In this document: piece after piece, positions 1 to 9,520 of the stretch
Layout of the letters: every line of letters begins with the position of its first letter
Numbering within the stretch: the first letter of the stretch is position 1
Source: Chloroflexota bacterium
Lineage (GTDB): Bacteria > Chloroflexota > UBA11872 > VXOZ01
Direction: 5' to 3'
NCBI GenBank assembly: GCA_964291655.2
Contig: OZ219801.1
Coordinates: 736,001 to 800,000, forward strand
DNA: 64,000 nt
The notes under the pieces: model-generated
Seen by the model: only the letters and a program-made list of their open reading frames with translations
What the model was told of the DNA's origin: nothing
The model's database searches: none
Program-made: the position numbers and the translations under genes

Positions 1-2
1 AT

Positions 3-848
3 GAAGGCGCGGTAATCTTCGAAGAGTTTACGTCTCAAAACGTCTGTGTACGCTCTGGCGGCTCACCGTGCACCTGGCTGGGCATTACGCTCGACAACTA
101 CCTAATCTCTGCTGCTACGATCTCGAGTACCATCTCAAACCGCGGTCGCATTACGGGGAACTTCACCCTGGAAGAAGCGCGTGATATTGTCATCAAACTG
201 AAATACGGCGCCCTGCCGGTACCGTTGGAAATAGCACAGAACCGAACCGTTGGCCCTACGTTGGGCCAAGACTCGGTTGACCGCAGCCTCCGGGCCGGAA
301 TTATCGGCTTGGTGCTTGTTGCCACCTTCATGTTGATCTACTATCGTATGCCCGGCTTGGTAGCAGTCGTCGCCCTGCTGATCTACGCGCTCTTAGTGCT
401 TGGTATCTTCCGGCTGTGGCCGGTCGTGCTCACGCTCGCAGGTATCGCCGGATTCATCCTCTCCGTTGGTATGGCTGTGGATGCCAATATCCTGATTTTC
501 GAGCGTCTGAAGGAAGAGCTGCGCCGGGGCAGATCCTTGCGCTCCGCCCTTGACGTCGGCTTCGATCGTGCTTGGACGTCGATCCGAGACTCCAATATTT
601 CCACGTTGATTACGTGCGCCGTGCTCTTTTATTTTGGTACGGGCATCGTGCGGGGTTTCGCCGTCACGCTTGCGATTGGCGTAATCATAAGCATGTTTAC
701 GGCGATTACGATAACGCGCACGTTTCTTTACGTCGTGGTACGCCTCCCGCAACTGCGCGACCATCCGTGGCTCTATGGCGTTGGTCAGGAAGAAGAGCCA
801 TCTCCCGAGCCTCGCCAAACACCGCCGCAGCAAGCAACGGAACCATAA
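3..848 (+). CDS. secD: Protein translocase subunit SecD (5' partial, runs off window)
   Basis: Frame open from nt 3 (…ITGNFTLEEARDIVIKLKYGALPVPL…). SecD motifs VGPTLG, LTLAGIAGFILSVGMAVDANILIFERLKEE, DSNISTLI. Confidence 0.97.
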   Translation, partial: EGAVIFEEFTSQNVCVRSGGSPCTWLGITLDNYLISAATISSTISNRGRITGNFTLEEARDIVIKLKYGALPVPLEIAQNRTVGPTLGQDSVDRSLRAGIIGLVLVATFMLIYYRMPGLVAVVALLIYALLVLGIFRLWPVVLTLAGIAGFILSVGMAVDANILIFERLKEELRRGRSLRSALDVGFDRAWTSIRDSNISTLITCAVLFYFGTGIVRGFAVTLAIGVIISMFTAITITRTFLYVVVRLPQLRDHPWLYGVGQEEEPSPEPRQTPPQQATEP

Positions 849-862
849 GTAGTGAATCCTCG

Positions 863-2350
863 ATGTCGCTAGAATCTCGCCCCATAGACTCTGTTCGTGG
901 GATGCTGGACCTCGACTCCCAGCAGACCCACGTGCAAGCTCAACTGCGGCAGTCTCTGCTCGATGCCTTCCAACTCGCTAGCTATGTCCCCATTGAAGTG
1001 CCGCTGGTGGAGCAGGCTGATCTCTACTTGCGCAAGTCCGGCGCCGAGACAATTTCCAAGATGTACACCTTTGAAGACTTCGGCGGGCGTCGCTTGGCGT
1101 TGCGCCCGGAACTCACCGCCTCCATCGTTCGCTACTACCTGGGAAACGATCAAAACTCCACTTTCCCGCTGCGATATGCCTACTCTGGGCCGGTGTTCCG
1201 CTACGAAAAACCGCAACGCGGGCGTTTTCGCCAGTTCTCCATGGCGGGCGTAGAGTTACTTGGCAGTGACGGGCCGTCCGCCGATGCCGAAGTGATCGCG
1301 TTAGCGTGTTGGACGCTCAAACGACTTGGCATCACGCAATACCGGCTCGTTATCGGTCACGTTGGCATCCTCTTGGAATTACTTGGCAGCTTGGGACTCT
1401 CGACCCGCTTGCGGCACTTTCTCCTCGATAGCATGGAAGACGTGGGGAGGCCCGGGCGGGGCCTGGGCTACGTGCGCAAACGCTTAGAAGAGATCCACCC
1501 TAACCGGCGGGCCGCAGCAACGACACAAGAGTCCTTTACCGGCTCCGAGGAGCAGGCACAAGCCACGCTGCGCGTATCGTTGCAGGAGATGGGAATCGAG
1601 CTCGACGGCAGCCGACCGGCAGAGGCGATACTCGGTCGGATGTTTCGCAAACAACGCGCTTCCGATGAAGATGAGCGCCTGGAACGCGCGTTTGAGTTTA
1701 TCCAAGGCTTGCACAACCTTTCGGGGGCACCAGGGGAAGTGCTGGAACGCGCGCGAAAGTTTCTGGAGTCGTTTGGCTTAGGCGACCAGCCCCTTAGCCG
1801 CCTTACTGATGTGGTTGCGGCGCTCCATGCCTATGGCATCGAGGATTCTCACGTGCAAGTGCAACTCGCTCTCGGGCGCGGCCTCCATTACTACACCGAT
1901 GTGGTGTTCGAGCTGTACGACTCCACAGGCCAGAGCCAGTTGTGTGGCGGCGGACGCTACAACGAACTTGTGCAATCCCTTGGCGGTCGCAAGTCCGTTC
2001 CGGCGGTGGGATTCGCGTTTGGCCTGGAGCGCCTCCGGCTGGCTTTGGACGAGCAAGGCGCTGCGCCGCCGGCTCCGCCGCCAACGCAGGTGCTTGTGGC
2101 TGCAGCCAGCACAGGCGCCACACACGCCAGCATGCAAACAGCGCAGCGGCTCCGGGAACACGGCATCAGCGCGGAACACGACCTGCGGCAGCGCACCGAA
2201 CGTGCGCGCATTGGTTACGCAAATCGGAGGGGAATTCCCTTTATCCTCTTAGTAGAGGACCAAAAAGACTCCGCAATCCTACGTAATCTATCCGAAGCCA
2301 CCGAACAAGCGCTTTCATTAGGTGAAGTGGTGCAGGTGCTGAATGGCTGA
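863..2350 (+). CDS. HisS-like protein (histidyl-tRNA synthetase or HisZ regulatory subunit)
   Basis: LRPELTAS, YSGPVFRYEKPQRGRFRQF, RGLHYYT, GGGRY and a C-terminal anticodon-binding-like domain. Overlaps the hisG start. ATG 863 preferred over the ORF-track start at 572. Confidence 0.85.
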   Translation: MSLESRPIDSVRGMLDLDSQQTHVQAQLRQSLLDAFQLASYVPIEVPLVEQADLYLRKSGAETISKMYTFEDFGGRRLALRPELTASIVRYYLGNDQNSTFPLRYAYSGPVFRYEKPQRGRFRQFSMAGVELLGSDGPSADAEVIALACWTLKRLGITQYRLVIGHVGILLELLGSLGLSTRLRHFLLDSMEDVGRPGRGLGYVRKRLEEIHPNRRAAATTQESFTGSEEQAQATLRVSLQEMGIELDGSRPAEAILGRMFRKQRASDEDERLERAFEFIQGLHNLSGAPGEVLERARKFLESFGLGDQPLSRLTDVVAALHAYGIEDSHVQVQLALGRGLHYYTDVVFELYDSTGQSQLCGGGRYNELVQSLGGRKSVPAVGFAFGLERLRLALDEQGAAPPAPPPTQVLVAAASTGATHASMQTAQRLREHGISAEHDLRQRTERARIGYANRRGIPFILLVEDQKDSAILRNLSEATEQALSLGEVVQVLNG

Positions 2351-3359
2351 AGCGCTGCGTCTGCTCGTGCCAAGCAAGGGCCGCATTGGGGAGCAAACAC
2401 TGGATTTCTTCGCCAAGTGCGGCCTTGACATCGTGCGTCCGAATTCGCGCGCATATGAAGCGACGTTCCCGACAGTTCCCAACGTGGCGATCCTCTTTCA
2501 GCGCGCGTGGCAAATGGTTGAGCAAATACGCAACGGTGACGCCGACGCCGGCATTACCGGCTATGACATTCTTTCTGAAATGCGGCAAGAAGGCGACAAT
2601 CTCGTGGTCGTCGCGGAAGACCTGGGGTACTCCCAGGGGAGACTCGCCATTGCGGTACCGGAGGAATGGATAGACGTTCGTACCTTGACCGACCTTGCCG
2701 AAGTGGCGCTAGAGTTTCGCGAAAGAGGCCGGGTGCTGCGCATTGCCACGACCTTTCCTGCCCAGACTCGCCAGTTTCTCTTCCAGCAGGGCATCACATA
2801 CTTCCAGGTGGTGCAGGCCGAGGGCGGTCTGGAGGCGGCGCCGACTCTCGGCTATGCCGATATCATCGTTGACTTAGTTTCCACGGGCGCAACGCTCAAA
2901 GACAACCGGCTCAAGATGATCGAACATGGGGTCATTTTGGAAACGCAGGCATGTCTGGTCGGAAATCGAGAACGACTGCGCGCGAGCGCTGCCAAGCGGG
3001 AGGCGCTGCGGCAGATCCTGGAACTCATAGAAGCTTCGCAAAGCGCCGAACCCTACTCGACGCTTACCGCAAACATGCAAGGAGACTCTGCAGAGGCAAT
3101 CGCGGCCAAGCTGGCGGCATTTCCGGAAGTCGGCGGTCTGCTCGGCCCGACAATTGCTCGAGTATTTGCCAGAGATGGGCAGGATGATTCGTGGTTCGCG
3201 GTAACCGTCCAGGTAAAATCCAGGAACTTGCTTTCTGCTGTGGCAAGCTTGCGGCAAGCGGATTGTATGAGCGTCTCCGTTACCTCTCCGCACTACATCT
3301 TTGCTCGGGAGAGCTCCCTTTACCGTTGCCTTCTCCAGACATTGAAATTGGAAGAATGA
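2343..3359 (+). CDS. hisG: ATP phosphoribosyltransferase, long form
   Basis: PSKGR, DAGITGYD, EAAPTLGYADIIVDLVSTGATLKDN, C-terminal regulatory domain with GLLGPTI. Confidence 0.95.
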   Translation: MAEALRLLVPSKGRIGEQTLDFFAKCGLDIVRPNSRAYEATFPTVPNVAILFQRAWQMVEQIRNGDADAGITGYDILSEMRQEGDNLVVVAEDLGYSQGRLAIAVPEEWIDVRTLTDLAEVALEFRERGRVLRIATTFPAQTRQFLFQQGITYFQVVQAEGGLEAAPTLGYADIIVDLVSTGATLKDNRLKMIEHGVILETQACLVGNRERLRASAAKREALRQILELIEASQSAEPYSTLTANMQGDSAEAIAAKLAAFPEVGGLLGPTIARVFARDGQDDSWFAVTVQVKSRNLLSAVASLRQADCMSVSVTSPHYIFARESSLYRCLLQTLKLEE

Positions 3360-3503
3360 GCAGCAGCGCTATCGCTGCGGGAAACGTCCGTGAGCATAAG
3401 GCCGAATTGAACAAGAGCCGAGGCTGTGAAACAAGCAGTAATCAAGCGTCGCAGATTTGGGATATAGTGTACGGTATTGCTATAAAGTTGCGCGAAACGC
3501 AAT

Positions 3504-3533
3504 CCGTCATTCCCGCTTGCGCGGGAACCCATC
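3504..3533. repeat. REP-like hairpin (GTCATTCCCGC-N-GCGGGAACCCA type)
   Basis: ccgtcattcccgcttgcgcgggaacccatc. Related degenerate copies near 55864 and 55967. Confidence 0.65.
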
Positions 3534-3665
3534 GTGTCTCTTTGCTAGACACCAATCCCGCTGGAGCGATGGCGACAAACCAATCAACCGCTCTGGCCGT
3601 CGCAATCCGGCCGGCGCGGGACAGACCTAAAACCACGCACATGAAAGACAGGGTAGCTGCATCAA

Positions 3666-4559
3666 ATGTTTGACATTGTCGGCCGCAGGAAGTGGGCTTA
3701 CGTTGTATCAGCGATAATAATCATTCCGAGTATTCTCTCGCTCATCATTTTCCGCTTGCAACCAGGTATCGACTTTTCCGGCGGTACTATCTATGAACTA
3801 CGCTTCGACGCCACACCAACTACCGAGGAAATCAAGCGCGTCTACTTGAGCCTCAATCTTGGCGAGCCACTCGTGCAGGCGACAGGTGAGGGCACGGTCA
3901 TTATCCGTTCAAAGGAACTGGGGCTAGAGGATAAGCAAGCCGTGCGCGGCGCTCTGGAGGAGGTGAACGGCCAAGCTGAGGAGCTGCGCTTCGAAGCTGT
4001 GGGGCCCGTGATCGCCCGGGAACTCACCCAGAGAGCCATTCTCGCGGTGCTGGTAGCATCAGTGGGAATTCTTGTGTACATCACATGGGCGTTTCGCCAT
4101 GTACCCCAACCTTTCCGCTATGGCGTCTGCGCGATCTGCGCGCTTGTCCACGATGTATTGATCGTGTTGGGCGTATTCTCCGTGCTGGGTTTCCTGGTGA
4201 ATAAAGAGATCGACTCTATGTTTATTACGGCCATTCTCACCGCCATCGGCTATTCGGTGCACGATACGATCGTGGTCTTCGACCGTGTGCGTGAGAATCG
4301 CTCCAAGTATGCCTACGCGCCCCTTCCCACCGTCGTGAACTTCAGTGTCAATCAAACAATCGACCGCTCGTTGAACACGTCCATCACGTTGCTCATTACA
4401 CTCTTTGCGCTTTACCTCTTTGGGGGTCTGGCCATCAAGGACTTCGTCCTGGCGCTCCTGATCGGCACGGCAACAGGAACTTATTCCTCGATCTTCATTG
4501 CCGCAAGCCTGCTGGTTGAATGGGACGTGTACTCTCAACGACGAGTTGAGGCGACGTAG
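3666..4559 (+). CDS. secF: Protein translocase subunit SecF
   Basis: GIDFSGG, ALVHDV, IGYSVHDTIVVFDRVREN, RSLNTS, GTYSSIFIA. Confidence 0.97.
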   Translation: MFDIVGRRKWAYVVSAIIIIPSILSLIIFRLQPGIDFSGGTIYELRFDATPTTEEIKRVYLSLNLGEPLVQATGEGTVIIRSKELGLEDKQAVRGALEEVNGQAEELRFEAVGPVIARELTQRAILAVLVASVGILVYITWAFRHVPQPFRYGVCAICALVHDVLIVLGVFSVLGFLVNKEIDSMFITAILTAIGYSVHDTIVVFDRVRENRSKYAYAPLPTVVNFSVNQTIDRSLNTSITLLITLFALYLFGGLAIKDFVLALLIGTATGTYSSIFIAASLLVEWDVYSQRRVEAT

Positions 4560-4829
4560 TCGATCGCTTTCTTTCCCACGTCGACGGACAGCCTTCGCGG
4601 TTGTTGGCAATGCCCACGAGAGTTCAGGAAGACGGCGACTCACGCCCCCGGTAGCGCAGGTTCGCAACCTACGCTTGTGCACGGTCAACCAACCGCCGCC
4701 GGCAGCCTCATGGAAATTTGCCGGAGAACGTGCCCGGTCTTCCTGTGCTGGCGGGGGACAGGCCCCGCACTACGGATAGGTAGTGAGGATCGAGCGAGTG
4801 GGGAGAGAACATCAACCGATTCCGAGCAG

Positions 4830-5978
4830 CTAGGGTACCGCGATGCGCGGCAGAGCGGGACTGATGCGGCTTACGATCTCGTAATTGATCGTCCCAACGT
4901 GTGTGGCGATGTGTTCTGCCGGAATCTCCGGTCCCAGCAGCGTCACCTCATCGCCGCTCGCGACGCCTGGGACATCGGTAACGTCAATGAGAGTCATATT
5001 CATCATCACGCGACCGACGACGTTTGCCAGCCTGCCGCGAACGGCGACTTCCCCTACATTCGACAATTTGCGATCATAGCCCTCAGAATATCCCACCGGG
5101 ATCACCGCGATTGCGGAATCACGCCGCGTGCGATGGGTGCGCCCATACCCCACTGTCTCGCCGCGGGCAACGTGCTGTATGTGCACGATGCGGGTCTTCC
5201 ACTGCATTACCGGACGGAGCGAAAGCGGTCGCTTCGAGCGCTCTGTCATGGCGATCTTTGTGTCCAGGGACGGCCACAACCCGTAGAGGCCGATGCCGAA
5301 TCGCACTAGACTGCCGTGTGCCGCCGGTTCCACCATCGCCGCTGCCGACGCGGCCATGTGTTGAAACGGCACACGCATTCCTTCATCGGCCAATGCCGCC
5401 TGCACGTCCGCAAAGCGCCTACGCTGCAACTGCAAATACGAGTCGTCAGCCGTATCTTCCGCCGTTGCAAAATGGGTGTAAATGCCTTCCACTTCAAGAT
5501 TAGGCAGCGACTGCAAGTGACGAAGGAATGCAACTGCCTCGCGGACTTCGACGCCAAGCCGGTACGTACCGGTCTCAATCTTGACGTGTACGGCGGCGGT
5601 CACGTTCTGCGCCGCCGCACGTTGAGCCAGGCACTCGGCGGAGGCCTGATCAAAGACTACCTGACGAAATCCATGCCGCACCACCTCGTCGGCTCGGTTG
5701 TGGGGTGTGTAGCCCATAATCAGGACCGGCAGCGACGCAGCGCCTTGGCGCGCAGCAGTCCCGTCCCCCAGCAGGTCCAGCGCTTCATCGAGCGAATTGA
5801 CCCCAAACCAGTCAACATGATTGGCAATGCTCTGGGCAACGACCTGCATCCCATGGCCGTAGGCGTTTGCCTTGATGACAGCCAACAGCGAAGTCCCCGG
5901 AGATAGCCGCTGCCTGAGCGTTGCAACATTGTGTTGCAGCGCTCCGCGACTGATTTCAAGCCAAGACAAGGAATCCAT
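4830..5978 (-). CDS. alr: Alanine racemase
   Basis: AVIKANAYGHG PLP-lysine motif, HVKIETG, VGYG, VGRVMM, GTINYE. Confidence 0.96.
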   Translation of the reverse strand: MDSLSWLEISRGALQHNVATLRQRLSPGTSLLAVIKANAYGHGMQVVAQSIANHVDWFGVNSLDEALDLLGDGTAARQGAASLPVLIMGYTPHNRADEVVRHGFRQVVFDQASAECLAQRAAAQNVTAAVHVKIETGTYRLGVEVREAVAFLRHLQSLPNLEVEGIYTHFATAEDTADDSYLQLQRRRFADVQAALADEGMRVPFQHMAASAAAMVEPAAHGSLVRFGIGLYGLWPSLDTKIAMTERSKRPLSLRPVMQWKTRIVHIQHVARGETVGYGRTHRTRRDSAIAVIPVGYSEGYDRKLSNVGEVAVRGRLANVVGRVMMNMTLIDVTDVPGVASGDEVTLLGPEIPAEHIATHVGTINYEIVSRISPALPRIAVP

Positions 5979-6144
5979 GTAGTAGGAGAGGCGCTTGGCA
6001 CAGGACGGAAGTCCGTGCCGCTTAGAATCCCTATCGGGATATCGCCCCTGTCCAATGCTCCTTCAGTTCCCCTCCTCAAAAAGAGGGCTTGAGTAAATGC
6101 GGATAGCTGAGTGCCCCAACTATCTTAGGGTTCTCTCTCCTTGG

Positions 6145-6656
6145 GAGACTATTGCGTAACTAGATCCTGAGGAACGTGTGTTACTCCCTCTCCCTGGGAG
6201 GCAGTCTCATAATCGCATCGCTCCGTGTAGGCTTGCCCTTCGACCCTTCGACAGGCCCAGGTCAGGCAGGCTCAGAGCCTGCCCCGTACTCGATACAGCC
6301 TATCGACACGATACGGGGGCGAACGTAACAGGCAATAATCCGTTCGTGCAGAGGGCTGCGCGAAGCCTGCCGCGCGAAGCCTGCTATGCGAAGCCTGCTG
6401 CGCGAAGCCTGCTGCGCGAAGCCCTTGTCGAAGTACGATTTAGCTTATCGAGTCGACCCATGAGACAGCCTCCTGGGGAGAGGGCCGGGATGAGGGGATT
6501 TCTGCTTAGCCCGTCATCTCTTCCAGCAAGACCGACACGCAAAAGTGCAATTACGGGAAAGGAGCTCCCAGATTGCGCAAATCTCCCCCTCACCCTAACC
6601 CTCTCCCGGCGGGAGAGGGGACTTTCCCGACCCGGCAAGAGTAATGCGAAAGTCTC
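6145..6656. mobile_element. Outer MITE (GAGAC-type TIR) inserted in a CTCTCC/GAGGG hairpin; contains a nested element
   Basis: Left TIR GAGACTATTGCGTAACT (6145-6161), right AGTAATGCGAAAGTCTC (6640-6656). 5-bp direct repeat CTTGG at 6140-6144 and 6657-6661. Confidence 0.75.
6198..6472. mobile_element. IS1182-type MITE nested in the outer MITE
   Basis: TIR GAGGCAGTCTCAT (6198-6210) / ATGAGACAGCCTC (6460-6472), matching the ends of the full IS1182 at 25244-26887. 4-bp TSD CTGG. Splits CCCTCTCC|GGAGAGGG. Confidence 0.8.
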
Positions 6657-6699
6657 CTTGGGTAGAGGGCGAGAGCCTGCCCCGTACTTGATACGGGAG

Positions 6700-7436
6700 G
6701 TGAGGGGACTCTCCTCACGTCAAGATTGTCGCGCCACTACGATCCAGATTAGTCCCACTCTTGCTCCCTCCGATTCCCTCTCCTCGGGGAGAGGGCTAGG
6801 GTGAGGGGACTCTCCTCACATCGGATTTTTCGCACCGCTCACTTCCAACTCAGCCTCATTATTGCTCCCTCCGATTCCCTCTCCTCGGGGAGGGGGCTAG
6901 GGTGAGGGGACTCTCCTAACGTCAAGAATGTCGCACCACTAGCGTCCAGCTCAGTCCCACTCTTGCTCCCTCCGATTCCCTCTCCTTGGGGATGTACAGA
7001 CTGGGCTGATAGGTAACAGGTGTTCGGGTTGATAGGTTACACATTGTACTGATTGACACCTTCGGGCGCTTTAGGTTGGGCAGAGAAATAGACGTTCCAG
7101 GCACCACGACATACTCATGTTCAGTTCGTGAGCTGGTGCCAGGGGAAAAACCGTATCCATAAGGGTATTGAGTTGGTCTAACTTCCATGGCATGGACACT
7201 GCATACAACGAAAACTCCCATATTCGATGGTGTAACCTATCAACCCGAACATGTGTTACCCATCAACCCGGTCTATACAGGGGAGAGGGCTAGGGTGAGG
7301 GGACTCTCCTCACGTCAAGAATGTCGCACCACTAGCGTCCAGCTCAGTCCCACTCTCGCTCCCTCCGATTCCCTCTCCTCGGGGAGAGGGCTAGGGTGAG
7401 GGGACTCTCTTCACGTCAGGACTGTCGCGCCACTAC
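6700..7436. repeat. 101-bp tandem repeat (4 units + partial), each with a CCCTCTCC-GGAGAGGG-GGGTGAGGGG REP-like hairpin
   Basis: Units start GTGAGGGGACTCTC at 6700, 6801, 6902, 7295 and 7396. The third unit is lengthened by exactly 292 bp (287-bp MITE + 5-bp TSD). Confidence 0.9.
6993..7279. mobile_element. IS481-like MITE, copy A (287 bp)
   Basis: TGTACAGACTGGG…CCGGTCTATACA ends with bipartite ~50-bp TIR. 5-bp TSD GGGGA. No transposase. Confidence 0.85.
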
Positions 7437-8221
7437 GCTCTCACGCCACTGAGGACGATCTCGTGTCGAGTCAAGAGAAGGTCTTCACCAACGCGCTGTG
7501 GCGAAAGACCAGCCAGGTCACCTTCCAGCCCGTCCCAGAGCATTTTCCTCGCAATTTCGCGGTTCTCATCAGTGGTGTTAGCGGTCTCGAACCATTCACT
7601 GGCCAGCATTTCCCGCTTCAGCAGGCGCGCGTCTCGCACCGGGCAGCCAACGTCCGCCATCATCCGGCTCAATTGACTCTCGCTGAACGCCTGTACGTGC
7701 GAGTGCCCACGCAAGCGTTCCATGCGGTTGAAGTACGCCGCTTTCTGCGGGTCTTCCGGCATGCCGAACTCGCCGATAACCAGCCGGCCTCCCGGCGCGA
7801 GCACACGCGCCATTTCTTGCATAGCCGGTATGGCGTGCGTAAAGTGATGAACGCTAAAGCGGCATGTCACAACGCTGAACATCCCATCGGCAAACGGTAA
7901 GCGCGTTGCATCAGCCGCCGCAAAAGACATTTGCCCGTCACATGCCACGGCGCCGTCCGTATCTTGTTGCTCCGCGGCGCGGGCAAGCATGGCGGCCGTG
8001 AAGTCCACGCCAATGACTGAGCCGCTTCCCGTGATTTCCGCGGCAAGCGCAAACGCGACCAAGCCAGTGCCGGTTGCCACGTCAAGCGCGGTCGTGTCGG
8101 CTCCGGGCGTGGCCAAGGCGACCATCACCTCCACCGTGTCGCCCTGCCCGCCCGTATAGGATGCCGCGCGCTCCGTAAAGTGCTGTCGTACGTCCTGATC
8201 CGATGGTGCCTGTTCGCTCAT
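7433..8221 (-). CDS. Class I SAM-dependent methyltransferase (UbiE/Methyltransf_11-like)
   Basis: ALDVATGTG, GVDFT, DATRLPF, EMARVLAPGG. Confidence 0.9.
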   Translation of the reverse strand: MSEQAPSDQDVRQHFTERAASYTGGQGDTVEVMVALATPGADTTALDVATGTGLVAFALAAEITGSGSVIGVDFTAAMLARAAEQQDTDGAVACDGQMSFAAADATRLPFADGMFSVVTCRFSVHHFTHAIPAMQEMARVLAPGGRLVIGEFGMPEDPQKAAYFNRMERLRGHSHVQAFSESQLSRMMADVGCPVRDARLLKREMLASEWFETANTTDENREIARKMLWDGLEGDLAGLSPQRVGEDLLLTRHEIVLSGVRA

Positions 8222-8443
8222 GTGCGATCTCCCAGATTCTATCGTTATGTCAACGGCAGTGGCGCGGCAATTTGCTTCGGTTCACTTACCTCGCAACAAC
8301 TGCCACCCCACCACATGAGTGCCGAAATCTTGCCGGAGACTTCCACTGCTGGCTCTAGCCTATCACGGCTCCACAGTCACGTCAGCCGACCCATTTTATT
8401 CCCAACAAACCACTATGCAGCGCACGACGCAGGAACGGATTGG

Positions 8444-9322
8444 TTACGGCGCCTCAACGAGTTCTCTCTGCTCATCGGCAAGAAACGGCGGTTCGGCTGC
8501 GCGCACGTTGGCCTCAAGTTCCTCCGTGTTCATCACGCCGGTGATGCACGCCCCCACGTGCGGATAGGAGAGCACGAACTTGATCGCGGCTGCGTGCAGG
8601 GACTCAACCGGCGGCTTGACGAGCGCCGCCGTCAGGCGTTCCACAGTTGCCGCGTCTTGAAAGAGCCGCCCGGAGGCGAAAGGCGACCGCGCCAACACGC
8701 CAACCCCTTTCTCCGCGCAGAGCGGAAAGAGCTCTGCCGCCGCCTCTTGCAGCGCCACGCTATACGAAACCTCAACCACGTCTGCGCAGCCCTGCCGCAC
8801 AGCCTCTAGGCAGGCCGCTACGGAAGACGAAAGCCCAATGCTGCGCACCTTGCCGGCCTGTTTCAGTTCGCGCAGTGTCTCCCAGGGTTCTTCGCGTTTG
8901 ACAACGTCCACCGGCGGATCGTGCAGGAGGTACGCGTCGATGTAGTCGGTCTGCAAGCGGCGCAGGCTCAGTTCACATTCGTGGCGAATGTACCACGGCT
9001 CATAGCATTGCGGCTGGGGCACGCCCCGCTGTTGAAAGAGCGTCTGCGCCCCATCTATGCCCACCAGGTAGCCCGCCTTCGTGATGAGCACCGTGTCTGC
9101 GCGCCGCCCGCGCAATGCTTCGCCCAGAATTACCTCCGAGCGACCGTTGCCGTAAGCGTCAGAGGCGTCATAGGTGGTGACACCGAGATCCAAGGCGCGA
9201 TGCAGGATTTCGACGCTATCTTCGGCATCTATCGGTCCCCACCACAGCCCACCGAGTTCCCAGGTTCCCAGCGCGAAGGCTGAGACATCGATTCCGGTTG
9301 TGCCTAGTTTGCGCGTTTCCAT
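8444..9322 (-). CDS. Aldo/keto reductase
   Basis: RKLGTTG, YDASDAYGNGRSE, SLRRLQTDYID, GKVRSIGLS. Confidence 0.92.
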   Translation of the reverse strand: METRKLGTTGIDVSAFALGTWELGGLWWGPIDAEDSVEILHRALDLGVTTYDASDAYGNGRSEVILGEALRGRRADTVLITKAGYLVGIDGAQTLFQQRGVPQPQCYEPWYIRHECELSLRRLQTDYIDAYLLHDPPVDVVKREEPWETLRELKQAGKVRSIGLSSSVAACLEAVRQGCADVVEVSYSVALQEAAAELFPLCAEKGVGVLARSPFASGRLFQDAATVERLTAALVKPPVESLHAAAIKFVLSYPHVGACITGVMNTEELEANVRAAEPPFLADEQRELVEAP

Positions 9323-9520
9323 TGGCGCTCTCCTCTATTCCATTGGGAGCCAACCTACGACTAGCCATTGCCACCTCACTGCGAGTAGTATACGCGAGAC
9401 CGACAACAAGAGTGTCCAAACCCAAACTCACCGCTTCTTAAATTCCTTTGAGTAGACTAGGGCCTGGAATGTAGAGCTATGAGTGTCAACCGTGCAAGGC
9501 TATTCCCGGCATGTCATTCT

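Noticed and set aside
572-862. N-terminal extension of the HisS-like ORF
   Set aside because: Overlaps secD in another frame; homology begins after ATG 863.
6178-7399. ORFs 6178-6804, 6922-7221, 7187-7399 (and 14420-14698)
   Set aside because: They run across MITE/REP boundaries. The VLPINPVYT/LLPMSPVYT ends merely translate the IS481-like TIR.
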